From: Pseudomonadota bacterium
GTDB taxonomy: Bacteria; Bdellovibrionota; Bacteriovoracia; Bacteriovoracales; Bacteriovoracaceae
NCBI GenBank assembly: GCA_027488375.1
Contig: JAIYBW010000010.1
Coordinates: 113 to 64,112 of the forward strand
Direction: 5' to 3'
Length of the DNA: 64,000 bases
In this document: in pieces, positions 10,010-20,540 of the stretch
Layout: every line of letters starts with the position of its first letter
Numbering within the stretch: the first letter of the stretch is position 1
Notes under the pieces: generated by a model
Database searches by the model: none
Seen by the model: the letters and a program-made list of their open reading frames with translations, nothing else
Told to the model about the DNA's origin: nothing
Position numbers and translations under genes: made by a program

Positions 10010-10636
10010 ATGGATTTATCGCAATTTAAAAATATCATTTTTGATCTTGGAGGCGTGATTCTAAACTTAGACTATCACAAAACTTTTGAAGCTTTTAAGA
10101 TTTTTGCTCCGCAAATTGATGATGAAACCTTTGTTGGTAAATCTAGGCAACATAGCATTTTTTCAGATTATGAAATCGGTAAAATTTCCTCGCAGGATTT
10201 TAGGGCAAGCCTCAACTCTTTTTATAAGATGAATCTCACCGATGATATTTTTGATAGCTGTTGGAATGCGATGCTTTTAGATCTGCCACGTCATCGTATA
10301 GAGCTCATTCAAAATTTAAAGGCCAGTGGAAAAAAAGTTTTTCTCCTCAGTAATATTAATGAAATTCATGAGAGAGAAGTGGGTTTGAGATTTAAGTCTT
10401 TAGGTTTTAACTATCATTTTAAAGAACTTTTTCATAAGGCGTATTACTCACACGAAATAGGCCTCCGAAAGCCCAATAAAGAGGTTTTTGAACTTGTGTT
10501 GGCTGAAAACCAACTTAAGTTAGCTGAGACTATCTTTATAGATGATAGTCTTCAGCACATAATTGGGGCTCAAAATATCGGGCTCCATGCGCTCCATATT
10601 GAGTCAAATATGAAAATAGAGAATATTGTTTTTTAG
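10010..10636 (+). CDS. HAD-family phosphatase (YihX-like)
   Basis: IIFDLGGV, LLSN, GLRKP, FIDD motifs. Confidence 0.88.
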   Translation: MDLSQFKNIIFDLGGVILNLDYHKTFEAFKIFAPQIDDETFVGKSRQHSIFSDYEIGKISSQDFRASLNSFYKMNLTDDIFDSCWNAMLLDLPRHRIELIQNLKASGKKVFLLSNINEIHEREVGLRFKSLGFNYHFKELFHKAYYSHEIGLRKPNKEVFELVLAENQLKLAETIFIDDSLQHIIGAQNIGLHALHIESNMKIENIVF

Positions 10637-10637
10637 T

Positions 10638-11954
10638 TTAATCTATGGAAAGTTTTTTGTGGGCTTCTAAAATTTTGATACCACCCTGTGCCCCAAAGAA
10701 ATTAGTGCACGCTTCATAACCACCCTTATCAAACTCTTCCGGTGTCACAAAGTAGGCGAGATGGTCATTCGAAAGTCCTAAAACCCATGCATTATGAGCA
10801 CCATTATTCCTAGCATCTTCACGTAGTTTCATGCCAAGTTCAGTTGTAGCTTCCCCCGGCCAGGTTAAGAACCAAAGATTTTGAAAATGTATCTGGCCAA
10901 TGATTGTTTTTGAGCTAATCCAACGTTTTATCCCAATATTGATATTTTTTGGAATCCATTTTTGTTCTGCACATTTGCTCAAGGCTATTTTGGGTTTACC
11001 CAGATCAATTTCTTTTTGAATGACGGTCCACTCTGGTAATAATGGTTTCATTTCATCCCAAAATTTGCTTGCCTGACTTGCAAATGATTTACCTAGATCG
11101 ATATAATTACCCCGGGGAGCGACATCACCCTCGGCTCCGTTTATGAATAAAAACTTGGCTTCATCTTGAACCCGAAGAAGACTATTTTTTTCATTCAATA
11201 GATCTTGCATGGATTTTTCAATAGCACCAGGCACATCTGAACTAAACATTAGGTTACCTGCACCATGGGCGGTTCCATGGACCGCAAAATTAATCATTCC
11301 ACCAGTCCAGTTTCCATTGATTGATCTGACTAACATCACGTTAGCATCTGGATAAAGGGGACGATCTCCTCCGCGACGGTTTCGAATTAAGTTTTCTGTT
11401 GGGAAGGTGAGTGTATACAGCTCTGAGTTTTCCCTATTATTCATGGCTTCTTTCACAGATTCTATAATGTGGTCTAAAAACTGATTATAGAATTGCGATT
11501 GAAATCTATCCATCGCCATTATTTCCCATACAGGATTATTGGCGAGCGCTCCAGGACCTGAGTGGGTATGAGTCCCAGAAATAATAACTGTCTCAGGAGT
11601 AAAACCTAAGTTCTTTAATTTTGCCATGAGATCACGGTGCATTTCTTTAGTCACGCCTATCACGTCTAAGCTAATGAAAAGAAGTTTTTGGTTTGTATCT
11701 TGGCGATGAATAAACATAACTTTTGAGCGAATGGAATCGAGAGATCCTTTATTTGGCTTGAACATTCTCCAAAAAGGTTTTTTTGTAAAAAAATTTAACC
11801 ACTCACGTCTTTCTGGGCCACCATATCCCCCTAAAGGAATCATCGAATCGACAGATGGAGTGAGGTCTTTAGTAGCAAGACCAACCATGACTTCATTTGA
11901 AGCAAAAGCTGTTTTAAAACCAAGTGCTAAAAAAAGTAAAAGATATAATTTCAT
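10638..11954 (-). CDS. Secreted neutral/alkaline non-lysosomal ceramidase-family protein
   Basis: Signal peptide; LGGYG, SGTHTHSGP, NFAVHGT, NGAEGDVAP, PGEAT, Y..GGYE motifs. Confidence 0.8.
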   Translation of the reverse strand: MKLYLLLFLALGFKTAFASNEVMVGLATKDLTPSVDSMIPLGGYGGPERREWLNFFTKKPFWRMFKPNKGSLDSIRSKVMFIHRQDTNQKLLFISLDVIGVTKEMHRDLMAKLKNLGFTPETVIISGTHTHSGPGALANNPVWEIMAMDRFQSQFYNQFLDHIIESVKEAMNNRENSELYTLTFPTENLIRNRRGGDRPLYPDANVMLVRSINGNWTGGMINFAVHGTAHGAGNLMFSSDVPGAIEKSMQDLLNEKNSLLRVQDEAKFLFINGAEGDVAPRGNYIDLGKSFASQASKFWDEMKPLLPEWTVIQKEIDLGKPKIALSKCAEQKWIPKNINIGIKRWISSKTIIGQIHFQNLWFLTWPGEATTELGMKLREDARNNGAHNAWVLGLSNDHLAYFVTPEEFDKGGYEACTNFFGAQGGIKILEAHKKLSID

Positions 11955-12062
11955 AATTACCCTTAAGATAAATTGATTTAATCCATCTTAATTTGAGTAT
12001 TTTATGAAACAAGAGAGCAAGAGATTCCTGATCTGAGTAGTTGGTTAAAATGTAATGAATGA

Positions 12063-13019
12063 TTAGGGTTTTACTATTCTACCGGAGGGTTGCGACACAT
12101 ACATACAATTTGCTGATTTCATACAAGCATAATCCCACATGCTTTGTTTACGATCCCACTCCCATGGGGCACTTTGATAATGATTGGCCGGACATGCAGG
12201 GAGATTACAATCCATATTTGTACGACTACAACGTTTAGAACTTTTCTGACATGTTACTTGACCATTTGCCTTATCTGCTGGTTTATTTACATTAAGTGTT
12301 CCAGTGTTAGTAAGCCATAATTGAATTAATTCGGAGGATTGGATCGCATTTGGCAAATCACATTTTTTTGTCACTTCATTCCAAATAGCTCCAGCAATTT
12401 TTTCACAAGAAATTTTCACTGAATTTAGTGGATCAAAATAACAAGTTTCAATTACATTAGCATTCAGTTTCACAACAAGAGGTAAATCGAGATTTTTTTC
12501 CGTCGCACCCAAGCCTCGGATATTGAGATTTTTGGGTGTGCCAGTTGCATTAATGGAGCCCGCGCGATAAAAAATTCTTACGACATCTTGATTGGGGCCA
12601 GTGACATAAGCATTTGTAGCATTATCAAAATAGATGAAGGGTCTGCTCAAAATTTGCATCCTATCAACGTAAATGGCATTTGAATTAGGAGTACGAATAC
12701 CAAAGAGTTTACTGCCTCGGATAATTTGATTGTTTAGGTTTAAATTTCCTTTAAAAATACCATCATTAAGAGATAGTTCTGTTGGTGCAGCTAATGTTCC
12801 GATTGTTTTTCCGGCAAATGAAGCAGAACAATTTAGAATATCAGACAAATCTGAACGTATGACACTAGAAATGCTTTCTAGATTTTGATCAAAGTTGTTT
12901 TTTATTTTAATTTTATTATCAACATCTCCCTGTTGCATAATGGTATAGGAAATACCTGCAACACCAGCTAAGGCAATCATAATTTGAATTAAGCCAATAC
13001 CCCGCTGGCCATGTTTCAT
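12063..13019 (-). CDS. Pilin/pseudopilin-like protein (Gln at +5) with Cys-rich C-terminal domain
   Basis: QRG|IGLIQIMIALAGVAGI class III signal; C-terminus nearly identical to that of 13016-13939. Confidence 0.75.
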   Translation of the reverse strand: MKHGQRGIGLIQIMIALAGVAGISYTIMQQGDVDNKIKIKNNFDQNLESISSVIRSDLSDILNCSASFAGKTIGTLAAPTELSLNDGIFKGNLNLNNQIIRGSKLFGIRTPNSNAIYVDRMQILSRPFIYFDNATNAYVTGPNQDVVRIFYRAGSINATGTPKNLNIRGLGATEKNLDLPLVVKLNANVIETCYFDPLNSVKISCEKIAGAIWNEVTKKCDLPNAIQSSELIQLWLTNTGTLNVNKPADKANGQVTCQKSSKRCSRTNMDCNLPACPANHYQSAPWEWDRKQSMWDYACMKSANCMYVSQPSGRIVKP

Positions 13020-13939
13020 GGTTTAACCATCCATCCTGCGGGTTGAGACATATACATACAATTTGCAGACTTCATACATGCATAATCCCACATGCTTTGC
13101 TTACGGTCCCACTCCCAGGCAGAGCTCTGGTAATGATTCGATGGACATGCGGGCAGTGAGCAATCCATATTAGTTCGACTACAGCGCTTAGAGCTCTTTT
13201 GGCAAGTAACTTGGCCATTGGCCGCATCTGCAGGTTTAGTTGAAGTTAAGTTTCCATCTTTGGTGAGCCACAATTTAACTAAATCTCCCCTTAAGACAAT
13301 CTCACTAATATTACAGGTTTGAGTGTTTTGATCCCAAATCCCACCAGGGAGGGATAAACATGAAGATGCAAGAAGATTAGTTATTTCAGACTGACATCCA
13401 AGAACTGTATCTCCTCCGTTGTCGCGAGGAGAGAGGAGGATATCTTTGCTGTAGTTCTCCCCACCTAACATTTCTTTTAATCTTATTTGACCATCAGCAG
13501 TTATATTTCCTGGTTTGAAAGTTATACGAAGAACTTTTCTATTATCAATTGGTCTACGAATAAGATGAATAGAATCAATAAAGACACCGGTAGAATTTTC
13601 AGATTTCACCTTGAATAGTAGACCATTATCTTTAACTTCAGGTGGGGTCGTTGCTAAATCTAATCGCCCTCGTCGGATCTCATTTATAATTGTTGGTGAA
13701 CTGGCAGTACCATATGTCTTTGGACTTGGGAGGGCGAGAGTTGCAGTACAATTTTCAGATCTAGATAGTTCAGTCTGGATTGAGTTAAAAAGAGAATTAA
13801 CTTGCTGATTAAATACAGCTTTAGCTTGTTGTTTGGCACTCATGTCTGATTGAGTATACATCACATAGCTTAAGGCTCCCATTAGACCAACGGAAACCAT
13901 TGTTTCAACAAGACTGAATCCTGATTGCTTAAATTTCAT
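13016..13939 (-). CDS. Pilin/pseudopilin-like protein (Glu at +5) with Cys-rich C-terminal domain
   Basis: QSG|FSLVETMVSVGLMG prepilin motif; ATGA overlap with the downstream paralog. Confidence 0.8.
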   Translation of the reverse strand: MKFKQSGFSLVETMVSVGLMGALSYVMYTQSDMSAKQQAKAVFNQQVNSLFNSIQTELSRSENCTATLALPSPKTYGTASSPTIINEIRRGRLDLATTPPEVKDNGLLFKVKSENSTGVFIDSIHLIRRPIDNRKVLRITFKPGNITADGQIRLKEMLGGENYSKDILLSPRDNGGDTVLGCQSEITNLLASSCLSLPGGIWDQNTQTCNISEIVLRGDLVKLWLTKDGNLTSTKPADAANGQVTCQKSSKRCSRTNMDCSLPACPSNHYQSSAWEWDRKQSMWDYACMKSANCMYMSQPAGWMVKP

Positions 13940-14070
13940 TTAAATCCTTATTTATAGCTTATTATAAGGCAAGTTGGTATGAATAGGTGGGTCAAAATGA
14001 GTATGGTGTTGAAATTATTCGAGGAATAAGGATAATTAATTAAAGGAATGACTCATTTATTTGTCACCAA

Positions 14071-15147
14071 ATGTTTATAATCATTAAATTACAAAATGGC
14101 TCAAAACTAGAGAGTTCATTTAAAAAAAATTCTATAACCATAGGACGCTCTTCGAGAGCTGACCTAGTCATTCATGATGATGCCTTATCCAGATTTCATG
14201 CCCAAATAGATTACGAAAATGGTCAATATTATGTAACAGATCTATCAAGTGCAAACGGTGTTTTTATTGATGACCAGAAAATTTTACCAAATGAAAAGAC
14301 TCATTTTGCCCCATATAGGGCCCTCAATATTGGCCCTCTAGAATGCACAATTCAAGATGAACTAGAGTTAGATCAACCTATTCTTTTAAAGAGTGAATTA
14401 TCTAAAACTCAAAAAAATCAACCTGAGCCACCGAAAGAAAAAATCCAAATCACTCGTCATGCTTCAAAAAATAAAAAAGAAGACAGAAAAGGAAGTCTTG
14501 ATCCCAAAGTCGTGTTCGCAGTTATTTTAATTATTTTTGGTGTCTACCAATTTTTAATCGGTGATGATTATGTTCCGACACCATCAGTTGAAAATCAAGC
14601 AAACCCAGCGACCAATTCTCCATCGAGTCAAATTCGTAAAATTTATCGTGCTAGAGTCCCAGATGAAAATACAATTTCAGATATATACTTGAATCATTTT
14701 TCGCAAAAATCATGTGCTAGGATGAATGATTTATGTAAGCAACTACAAATTGAAGAAAATAGTTATGAGGGATTGTTTAAAAATCAGTATGAACTATTTA
14801 TCTTCATTAAACCAAGCAAGCTTTTTAATCAGCCTCGCCTATCAGTTTTAAAAGATCAAATTAATGCAGAGGATTTTCTTGGACATTACCTTGTAATGGG
14901 ATCAGAAGTTTTGCAGTTACTTTTAAAACATGAAGTGGATCAAATTCATTTAGTTGTTGTTTCTGCAAACAATCACCCAATTCGCGCGTATAGGTATCAC
15001 ATTTCTCGATTTGAAAATGGAGAAGTAGATCCTCCAGGGCTTTTAGATGCCATGTCTGCAGGTATTCAATCCCAGCAAATAAAAGATGTGGCTGTTAATC
15101 TTTTAAAAATTTTCCCGCCATTGCATTTGAACCCGATTCAAAACTAA
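14071..15147 (+). CDS. FHA-domain membrane protein
   Basis: ITIGRSSRADLVI..D.LSRFHA and DLSSANGVF FHA motifs, followed by one TM segment. Confidence 0.85.
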   Translation: MFIIIKLQNGSKLESSFKKNSITIGRSSRADLVIHDDALSRFHAQIDYENGQYYVTDLSSANGVFIDDQKILPNEKTHFAPYRALNIGPLECTIQDELELDQPILLKSELSKTQKNQPEPPKEKIQITRHASKNKKEDRKGSLDPKVVFAVILIIFGVYQFLIGDDYVPTPSVENQANPATNSPSSQIRKIYRARVPDENTISDIYLNHFSQKSCARMNDLCKQLQIEENSYEGLFKNQYELFIFIKPSKLFNQPRLSVLKDQINAEDFLGHYLVMGSEVLQLLLKHEVDQIHLVVVSANNHPIRAYRYHISRFENGEVDPPGLLDAMSAGIQSQQIKDVAVNLLKIFPPLHLNPIQN

Positions 15148-15165
15148 GCATAATTTTAAATGTGT

Positions 15166-15918
15166 TTAATTTATTTTTCGAGGCTTCTTTTTGTTATTAT
15201 TAATATTGATTCTCACTCCTACATTCACCATGTGAGTTGTTCTTGAAGGAGTATGGAGATTCATATAGCCTGCGTTAAATGCAATCGGGGTATTCCCAAT
15301 CGTTGTTTGATGTTCTATTCCCAAATAAAGACGATTTTGATCATATCCTCTTTGCCCGGCCCATTGAGTCTGATTTAGACGTAGGAAGACTTCATCTTGA
15401 AAGATCAGAGAAAGTTTATAGTTTTTATTTTGAATCAACGGGATCGCTAATCTAAGGCTCTGTCTCAATCTTAAATTAAGATCATCATAGTCTTCTAAAA
15501 TTCTCTCCTCAAGACGAGTTGACGATAGAAAAAGCACTGGAGAATTTAAAACTTTTCCTTTAATGGTGATCATTTGAAAGAGACGTTGCTCATTTACAAT
15601 TTCTCCTTGGCGATCTTGAGTAATGAGAGCATAGCCAACCCAGAGAGTTTGATTTTCATCCAAATTGTACCCAAGCATAGGTCTTAGTAAAAATTGAGAG
15701 AAATCTTGGGCATCATTTTTTAATCGGTAATGCCACTCAATAGAATAAGGGAATTTAGTCTGATTACTTTCCATCTTACTCTGCTCATCGAGCACTCCAT
15801 CAACACGAACCCAGCTCCAAAGAGTATTGTCTGGGTTATCTTGTGAGAAAGCGAGATTGGTGAATGTAAAGATTAAAGATAAATTGAGGATAATTAATTT
15901 TAATAATTTTATTTTCAT
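15166..15918 (-). CDS. DUF2490-family outer-membrane beta-barrel
   Basis: Signal peptide; LLRPMLGY, NEQRLFQ, RLEER, LRLRQ, DEVF, DQNRLYLG pattern. Confidence 0.75.
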   Translation of the reverse strand: MKIKLLKLIILNLSLIFTFTNLAFSQDNPDNTLWSWVRVDGVLDEQSKMESNQTKFPYSIEWHYRLKNDAQDFSQFLLRPMLGYNLDENQTLWVGYALITQDRQGEIVNEQRLFQMITIKGKVLNSPVLFLSSTRLEERILEDYDDLNLRLRQSLRLAIPLIQNKNYKLSLIFQDEVFLRLNQTQWAGQRGYDQNRLYLGIEHQTTIGNTPIAFNAGYMNLHTPSRTTHMVNVGVRININNNKKKPRKIN

Positions 15919-16048
15919 AGAGTGATTTTATCTTGATTTTAAAAAAATGTGTGATGAATTGAAAATTTTACATTCTTATGATTTTCTATTCGACATCTAA
16001 AATTATGGGGAAGGATTTTTTGAATTATTAAAGGTTAGTACAAAAGTA

Positions 16049-16819
16049 CTAACCTTTAACACTGTTGTTAGCTGAGACTTCTGTATTCTTAGTGGAGATA
16101 CTCATGTATGTCATAAAAGCAGACAGTGCGAGAGCAATATAAAATGCTTTAAAGCCTAGATGTGGGAAAACGAATGCAGAAATAAAGGCACCAACTGAAA
16201 AGGAAATTAAAGTAAAAATTCTGTGGATATTAATTTCTCTCGCTTCTTTTAATCTTACATTTTTGTGTTTAGGAAAAAGTGTACCCACTAAATGGAGACC
16301 TATATCGGTTGATAGTCCCGTTAAATGAGTGACTCTTATTTTCCCAAATGTAGTCCAGGTGATAAGACTATTTTTTAGGCCACAGATAAGGCATAAAAGT
16401 GCAATGACTGAAAATTCCATAAATTGATAGATATTATCAGCATCAAAGGGTTGAGCATTTGAAACCAGACCACTCTCTTCAATAAGAATAACAACAAGTA
16501 ATAGTAATGTAATGAGACCCTGGATTAGGTGATAGGGTGGATGATTATCCTTTTTGGGACCTGCTTCTAGGACTATTGATGTGATGACACCACCCAAGAT
16601 AAAAAATCCTGGAACAACAAGTAGTTCAGCTCCAAAGAAAAAATCACTATGACCCATAGCAATTCCAACTTGTGTACCAAAACCTGTTACATGGGATACA
16701 AATTTTCCCGTAATTAAGAAGCCAGCCGAATTGATGAATCCTGCCTTAAATGCAGACAGGAGCCATAAAAACATTTTATCTTTCTTGTATACCTCAGCAA
16801 CATTTTCACAGTGAATCAT
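16049..16819 (-). CDS. YoaK/DUF1275 membrane protein
   Basis: AGFINSAGF, FVSHVTG, GLKNS, THLTGLSTDIG motifs; multiple TM segments. Confidence 0.8.
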   Translation of the reverse strand: MIHCENVAEVYKKDKMFLWLLSAFKAGFINSAGFLITGKFVSHVTGFGTQVGIAMGHSDFFFGAELLVVPGFFILGGVITSIVLEAGPKKDNHPPYHLIQGLITLLLLVVILIEESGLVSNAQPFDADNIYQFMEFSVIALLCLICGLKNSLITWTTFGKIRVTHLTGLSTDIGLHLVGTLFPKHKNVRLKEAREINIHRIFTLISFSVGAFISAFVFPHLGFKAFYIALALSAFMTYMSISTKNTEVSANNSVKG

Positions 16820-16831
16820 GTAGACTCCTCA

Positions 16832-17452
16832 TTAGGCATCAAGGAATTCAACAATACCTGTAGAGATGTCATAAAGGGCTCCAACTATTTTGATTTCACC
16901 TTTATAATTCATTTCTTCCAATATTGATGAACGAGATTTTAAGTCAGAAACACCCATAAGAATATTCTCTCTTGTCACGTGTGAGCACATGTCGTTTTCA
17001 CTCGCATTTGGATACTTTGCCTTGAGAGACGGAATACACCGCTGAACCTTGTGAGTAATGAAATGTAAGTGACCGAGGTCAACATTTGCAATAGAACCTT
17101 TAATGGCTCCACAACCGGTATGCCCCATAACCACAATAACTTTTGCCCCAACGACCTTGCAACCAAACTCAGCACTTCCTAGTATATCTTCGTTTATGAC
17201 ATTCCCAGCAATTCGGATACTGAAAACGTCACCAAGTCCTTGGTCAAAAATTAACTCAGCCGATGTTCTAGAATCCATACAGCTAATAATGACTGCAAAG
17301 GGATGCTGTCCATCAGACGTTTCATTCACCTGTTGGAGAAGATTTCTATTTAATTTTAGATTATTTACAAAGCGTGCGTTCCCATCTCGAAGTAGTGTAA
17401 CTGCTGCTTCTGGGCTTATTTTATTTTGCATGTCTTTAGTAAGTGTTCTCAT
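16832..17452 (-). CDS. Beta-class carbonic anhydrase
   Basis: Zn ligands CMDSR and HTGCGA; start moved to the ATG at 17452 (GAGG RBS); ORF track starts at 17485. Confidence 0.92.
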   Translation of the reverse strand: MRTLTKDMQNKISPEAAVTLLRDGNARFVNNLKLNRNLLQQVNETSDGQHPFAVIISCMDSRTSAELIFDQGLGDVFSIRIAGNVINEDILGSAEFGCKVVGAKVIVVMGHTGCGAIKGSIANVDLGHLHFITHKVQRCIPSLKAKYPNASENDMCSHVTRENILMGVSDLKSRSSILEEMNYKGEIKIVGALYDISTGIVEFLDA

Positions 17453-17623
17453 TTGTTCCTCGCTTTTGTTTTGCTTATATTGCACTAGAATCTAATTTTG
17501 ATCAAATCGATAATAAGCAAGTTATCCATCACTTAAATCGATAGGTGGTGTATTTTCCCCTATTTAATGGTAATATTAAGGACAGTTGTTCAAGAATTGT
17601 TGGGCCTAATTGGGAGTATTTAC

Positions 17624-18970
17624 ATGGAGTTGAGTTTAGTCGTCCTGAACATAGTTATTACTGTTTTCTCTCTAGTACTTATCTTTGTTTTTCGCTGGAA
17701 GAATGAAAATTTATCTAGACTAGAATCCGCTCAAAAAGATGAATTCAGGCTTAATCGTGAAGAAGCATCAAAAAATTTTAAGGAAAATCGTGAAGAACTT
17801 AATCTCTCTTTAAAAATGATGATAGAGCAAAATGCTTTAATGCTTAAAGATGTTAACAAGACTCTTGAAGATAAGCTCATCTTGATGACTAAGAATTCAA
17901 AAGAAAACCAAATAGAGCTCAGAACAGAGCTTGAGAAATCAATCAAGGCCATTCAGGATAATTTCGATAAGAATATTGAATCATTAAATAAACTTCAAAA
18001 AGAAAAATTTGAACAACTTGAAGCGAAGCAAACAGATCTTGTAACTAAAACAGAAAAGCGCCTTGATCAAATTCGAGAATCAGTTGAGGAAAAACTTCAG
18101 AAAACTCTGAGTGAACGCCTAGGCCAGTCTTTTGAAACTGTTGGAAAACAACTCCAGGCCGTTCAAGAGGGACTTGGTGAAATGAAGACTCTGGCCACAG
18201 ATGTCGGTGGCCTCAAAAAAGTTCTGGGAAATGTAAAAATGCGGGGAGGGATCGGTGAGATACAACTCTCAATGCTACTGGAACAAATTCTTGCCCCTGA
18301 TCAATATGAGGCAAACGTTAAAACAAAGAAAGGTAGTGCTGATCTTGTTGAGTTTGCGATAAAACTTCCTGGAAAAGAAGATGGACTTGACCAAGTATGG
18401 TTACCAATCGATGCTAAATTTCCCAAAGAGTATTATGAACACCTCCAAGTTGCTTATGATCTAGGTGACCAAGCCCAAATTGATCTGGCCCAAAAAAATC
18501 TTGAAAACGCCATTAAGAAAATGGCCAAAGACATTGCTGAAAAATATATAGATGTCCCATACACTACTGATTTTGGAATCATGTTTTTACCGTTTGAAGG
18601 CATCTTTGCCGAAGTGGTCCGTAAGGCCGCTCTTTTAGAGGACCTTCAGAAAAATTATAAAATTATTGTCACGGGCCCCACCACACTAGCCGCCATTCTA
18701 AATAGCCTTCAAATGGGTTTTAGAACCCTTGCGATCCAAAAAAGAAGCTCTGAAGTTTGGAAAGTCTTGGGAGCGGTTAAAACTGAATTTGATAAGTTTG
18801 GTGGGTTACTTGAAAAAGCGCAGAAGCACTTTCAGTCTGGTGTGGATGATTTGGATACTCTCGTGGGCACTCGATCACGACTCATTAGAAGTAAATTAAA
18901 GAATATTGAATCCTTAACTCATGAGGAGACAGAATTAATTCTACCCGAGGGACTTTCAGATTCAGATTAA
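17624..18970 (+). CDS. rmuC: DNA recombination protein RmuC
   Basis: N-terminal TM and coiled coil; RGGIGEIQL, PIDAKFP, IAEKYI, DFGIMFLPFEG, GPTTLAA motifs; start at ATG 17624 with GGAG RBS. Confidence 0.92.
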   Translation: MELSLVVLNIVITVFSLVLIFVFRWKNENLSRLESAQKDEFRLNREEASKNFKENREELNLSLKMMIEQNALMLKDVNKTLEDKLILMTKNSKENQIELRTELEKSIKAIQDNFDKNIESLNKLQKEKFEQLEAKQTDLVTKTEKRLDQIRESVEEKLQKTLSERLGQSFETVGKQLQAVQEGLGEMKTLATDVGGLKKVLGNVKMRGGIGEIQLSMLLEQILAPDQYEANVKTKKGSADLVEFAIKLPGKEDGLDQVWLPIDAKFPKEYYEHLQVAYDLGDQAQIDLAQKNLENAIKKMAKDIAEKYIDVPYTTDFGIMFLPFEGIFAEVVRKAALLEDLQKNYKIIVTGPTTLAAILNSLQMGFRTLAIQKRSSEVWKVLGAVKTEFDKFGGLLEKAQKHFQSGVDDLDTLVGTRSRLIRSKLKNIESLTHEETELILPEGLSDSD

Positions 18971-19163
18971 ATTTATCACCTAAAGTCTTGTAGGCAAGAT
19001 CCTAATTTTTATCAATACCCATCATTTCAAGGTCTTATAAAAAGCCAGGGAGTTATTGTAAATCAAGACTGTGTAAAAATTACATTAATTTAAAGATATT
19101 AGATTAAACTAAAGCACTTTCATTATAAAAACAATTGTTTCATATTTGAAAACGAGAGAGAAG

Positions 19164-20540
19164 ATGAAAATCCTAATTGTTGATGATGAAAAACTAGCTA
19201 GATTTAATATTGTAAGACAGTTTGATAATAGTTTCACTGTTATTGAATCGAATTCTTTTGAAGATGCAGAAAGGAAATTAACGAATCAGACATTCGATAT
19301 TTGTTATATAGACTTAAAGCTTGATGATTCATCAAAACTTCTGGGGCTAGATCTTATCCCATTATCTGTTAAGAGAGGATTTTATACAGTCGTTATGACT
19401 TCAATTGATGATGAATCAATCGCTGAGGCAGCTTATGAATTAGGATGCCAGGATGTTTACAATAAAGGCAATGAGCAAGAACATATTTCTGAAACAATAA
19501 ATCGTTATTTTTTAAGCAAAGAAAGTTTTACTGAAGATTTATTGTTTAAGGACATAATACCAACACAGAATAAAAAGTATAAAGAAGAATTAAAGAAGCT
19601 ACTAAAAGTCGTACCAACGGATATTCCTCTAACTCTTCTAGGTGAGTCCGGTACAGGTAAATCTCACCTAGCAAGATCCATACATGATTTATCTAAAAGG
19701 AAAGGAAAATTTGTTGAATTGAATTGCGCTACATTCAGTGGCGATACTTTAAAGTCAGAATTGTTTGGTCATGCAAAAGGTTCTTTCACAGGAGCTAATA
19801 CAGATAAAATTGGAAAACTTCAAGAAGCGCATCATGGTACATTGTTTTTAGACGAAATTGGTTCAATGTCCTTGGAAATGCAAGAGGGCCTTCTTAAAGC
19901 GCTAGAGGAAAAGGCTTTTTATCCCGTAGGATCAAATAAACTTGTAAAATCTGATTTTAGAGTTATATGTGCGACACTGGATGATTTAGAGTTTCTTATC
20001 AAGTCAGGAAAATTTCGATTTGATTTATTTCAAAGAATTAGTGGCTATACTTTTACTCAACCTGCACTTAGGTATAGGAGAGAAGATATTTTTCCTATAA
20101 TAAAAACGAAGTTAGCAGGAGCTAGGAAAATTATTTTCAAAGAAGAGGCAAAAAAGATACTTGAAAATTACGAATGGCCAGGAAATATAAGAGAACTTCT
20201 TCGTTTCGCAGACGTAATATCTTTAAATAATTCAGGTGTAATCAAAGCTGATGACGTGATCGAATTTACACGAAGTTCGACTTTTAAAGCGAATCAAGGG
20301 CTCCTTGAAGATTATCACTATGCGCTCATAAAAAAAATCGGTCTCAAAGATTTCATGGATTTGCTCACTAGAGAAGTCATTGAAAAATCACTTAGTGAAA
20401 ATAACAATAAAGCAAGAGTTGCCATAAAGGAGTTAGGTATCTCATCTGCTACTTTTTATCGTTACATAGAAAAAAATGAACAATCACCAACAACAACTTT
20501 AATTAGTTCAAAATTTGAGTATAGAAATGAACTCCACTGA
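19164..20540 (+). CDS. Sigma54-dependent response regulator (receiver, AAA+, HTH; NtrC family)
   Basis: ILIVDDE receiver, GESGTGKS Walker A, SELFGHAKGSFTGA, LFLDEIG, YEWPGNIREL, C-terminal HTH. Confidence 0.92.
   Translation: MKILIVDDEKLARFNIVRQFDNSFTVIESNSFEDAERKLTNQTFDICYIDLKLDDSSKLLGLDLIPLSVKRGFYTVVMTSIDDESIAEAAYELGCQDVYNKGNEQEHISETINRYFLSKESFTEDLLFKDIIPTQNKKYKEELKKLLKVVPTDIPLTLLGESGTGKSHLARSIHDLSKRKGKFVELNCATFSGDTLKSELFGHAKGSFTGANTDKIGKLQEAHHGTLFLDEIGSMSLEMQEGLLKALEEKAFYPVGSNKLVKSDFRVICATLDDLEFLIKSGKFRFDLFQRISGYTFTQPALRYRREDIFPIIKTKLAGARKIIFKEEAKKILENYEWPGNIRELLRFADVISLNNSGVIKADDVIEFTRSSTFKANQGLLEDYHYALIKKIGLKDFMDLLTREVIEKSLSENNNKARVAIKELGISSATFYRYIEKNEQSPTTTLISSKFEYRNELH

Noticed and set aside
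12063-13939. Diversity-generating retroelement template/variable repeat pair
   Set aside because: No reverse transcriptase in the window, and differences are mostly synonymous rather than adenine-specific.
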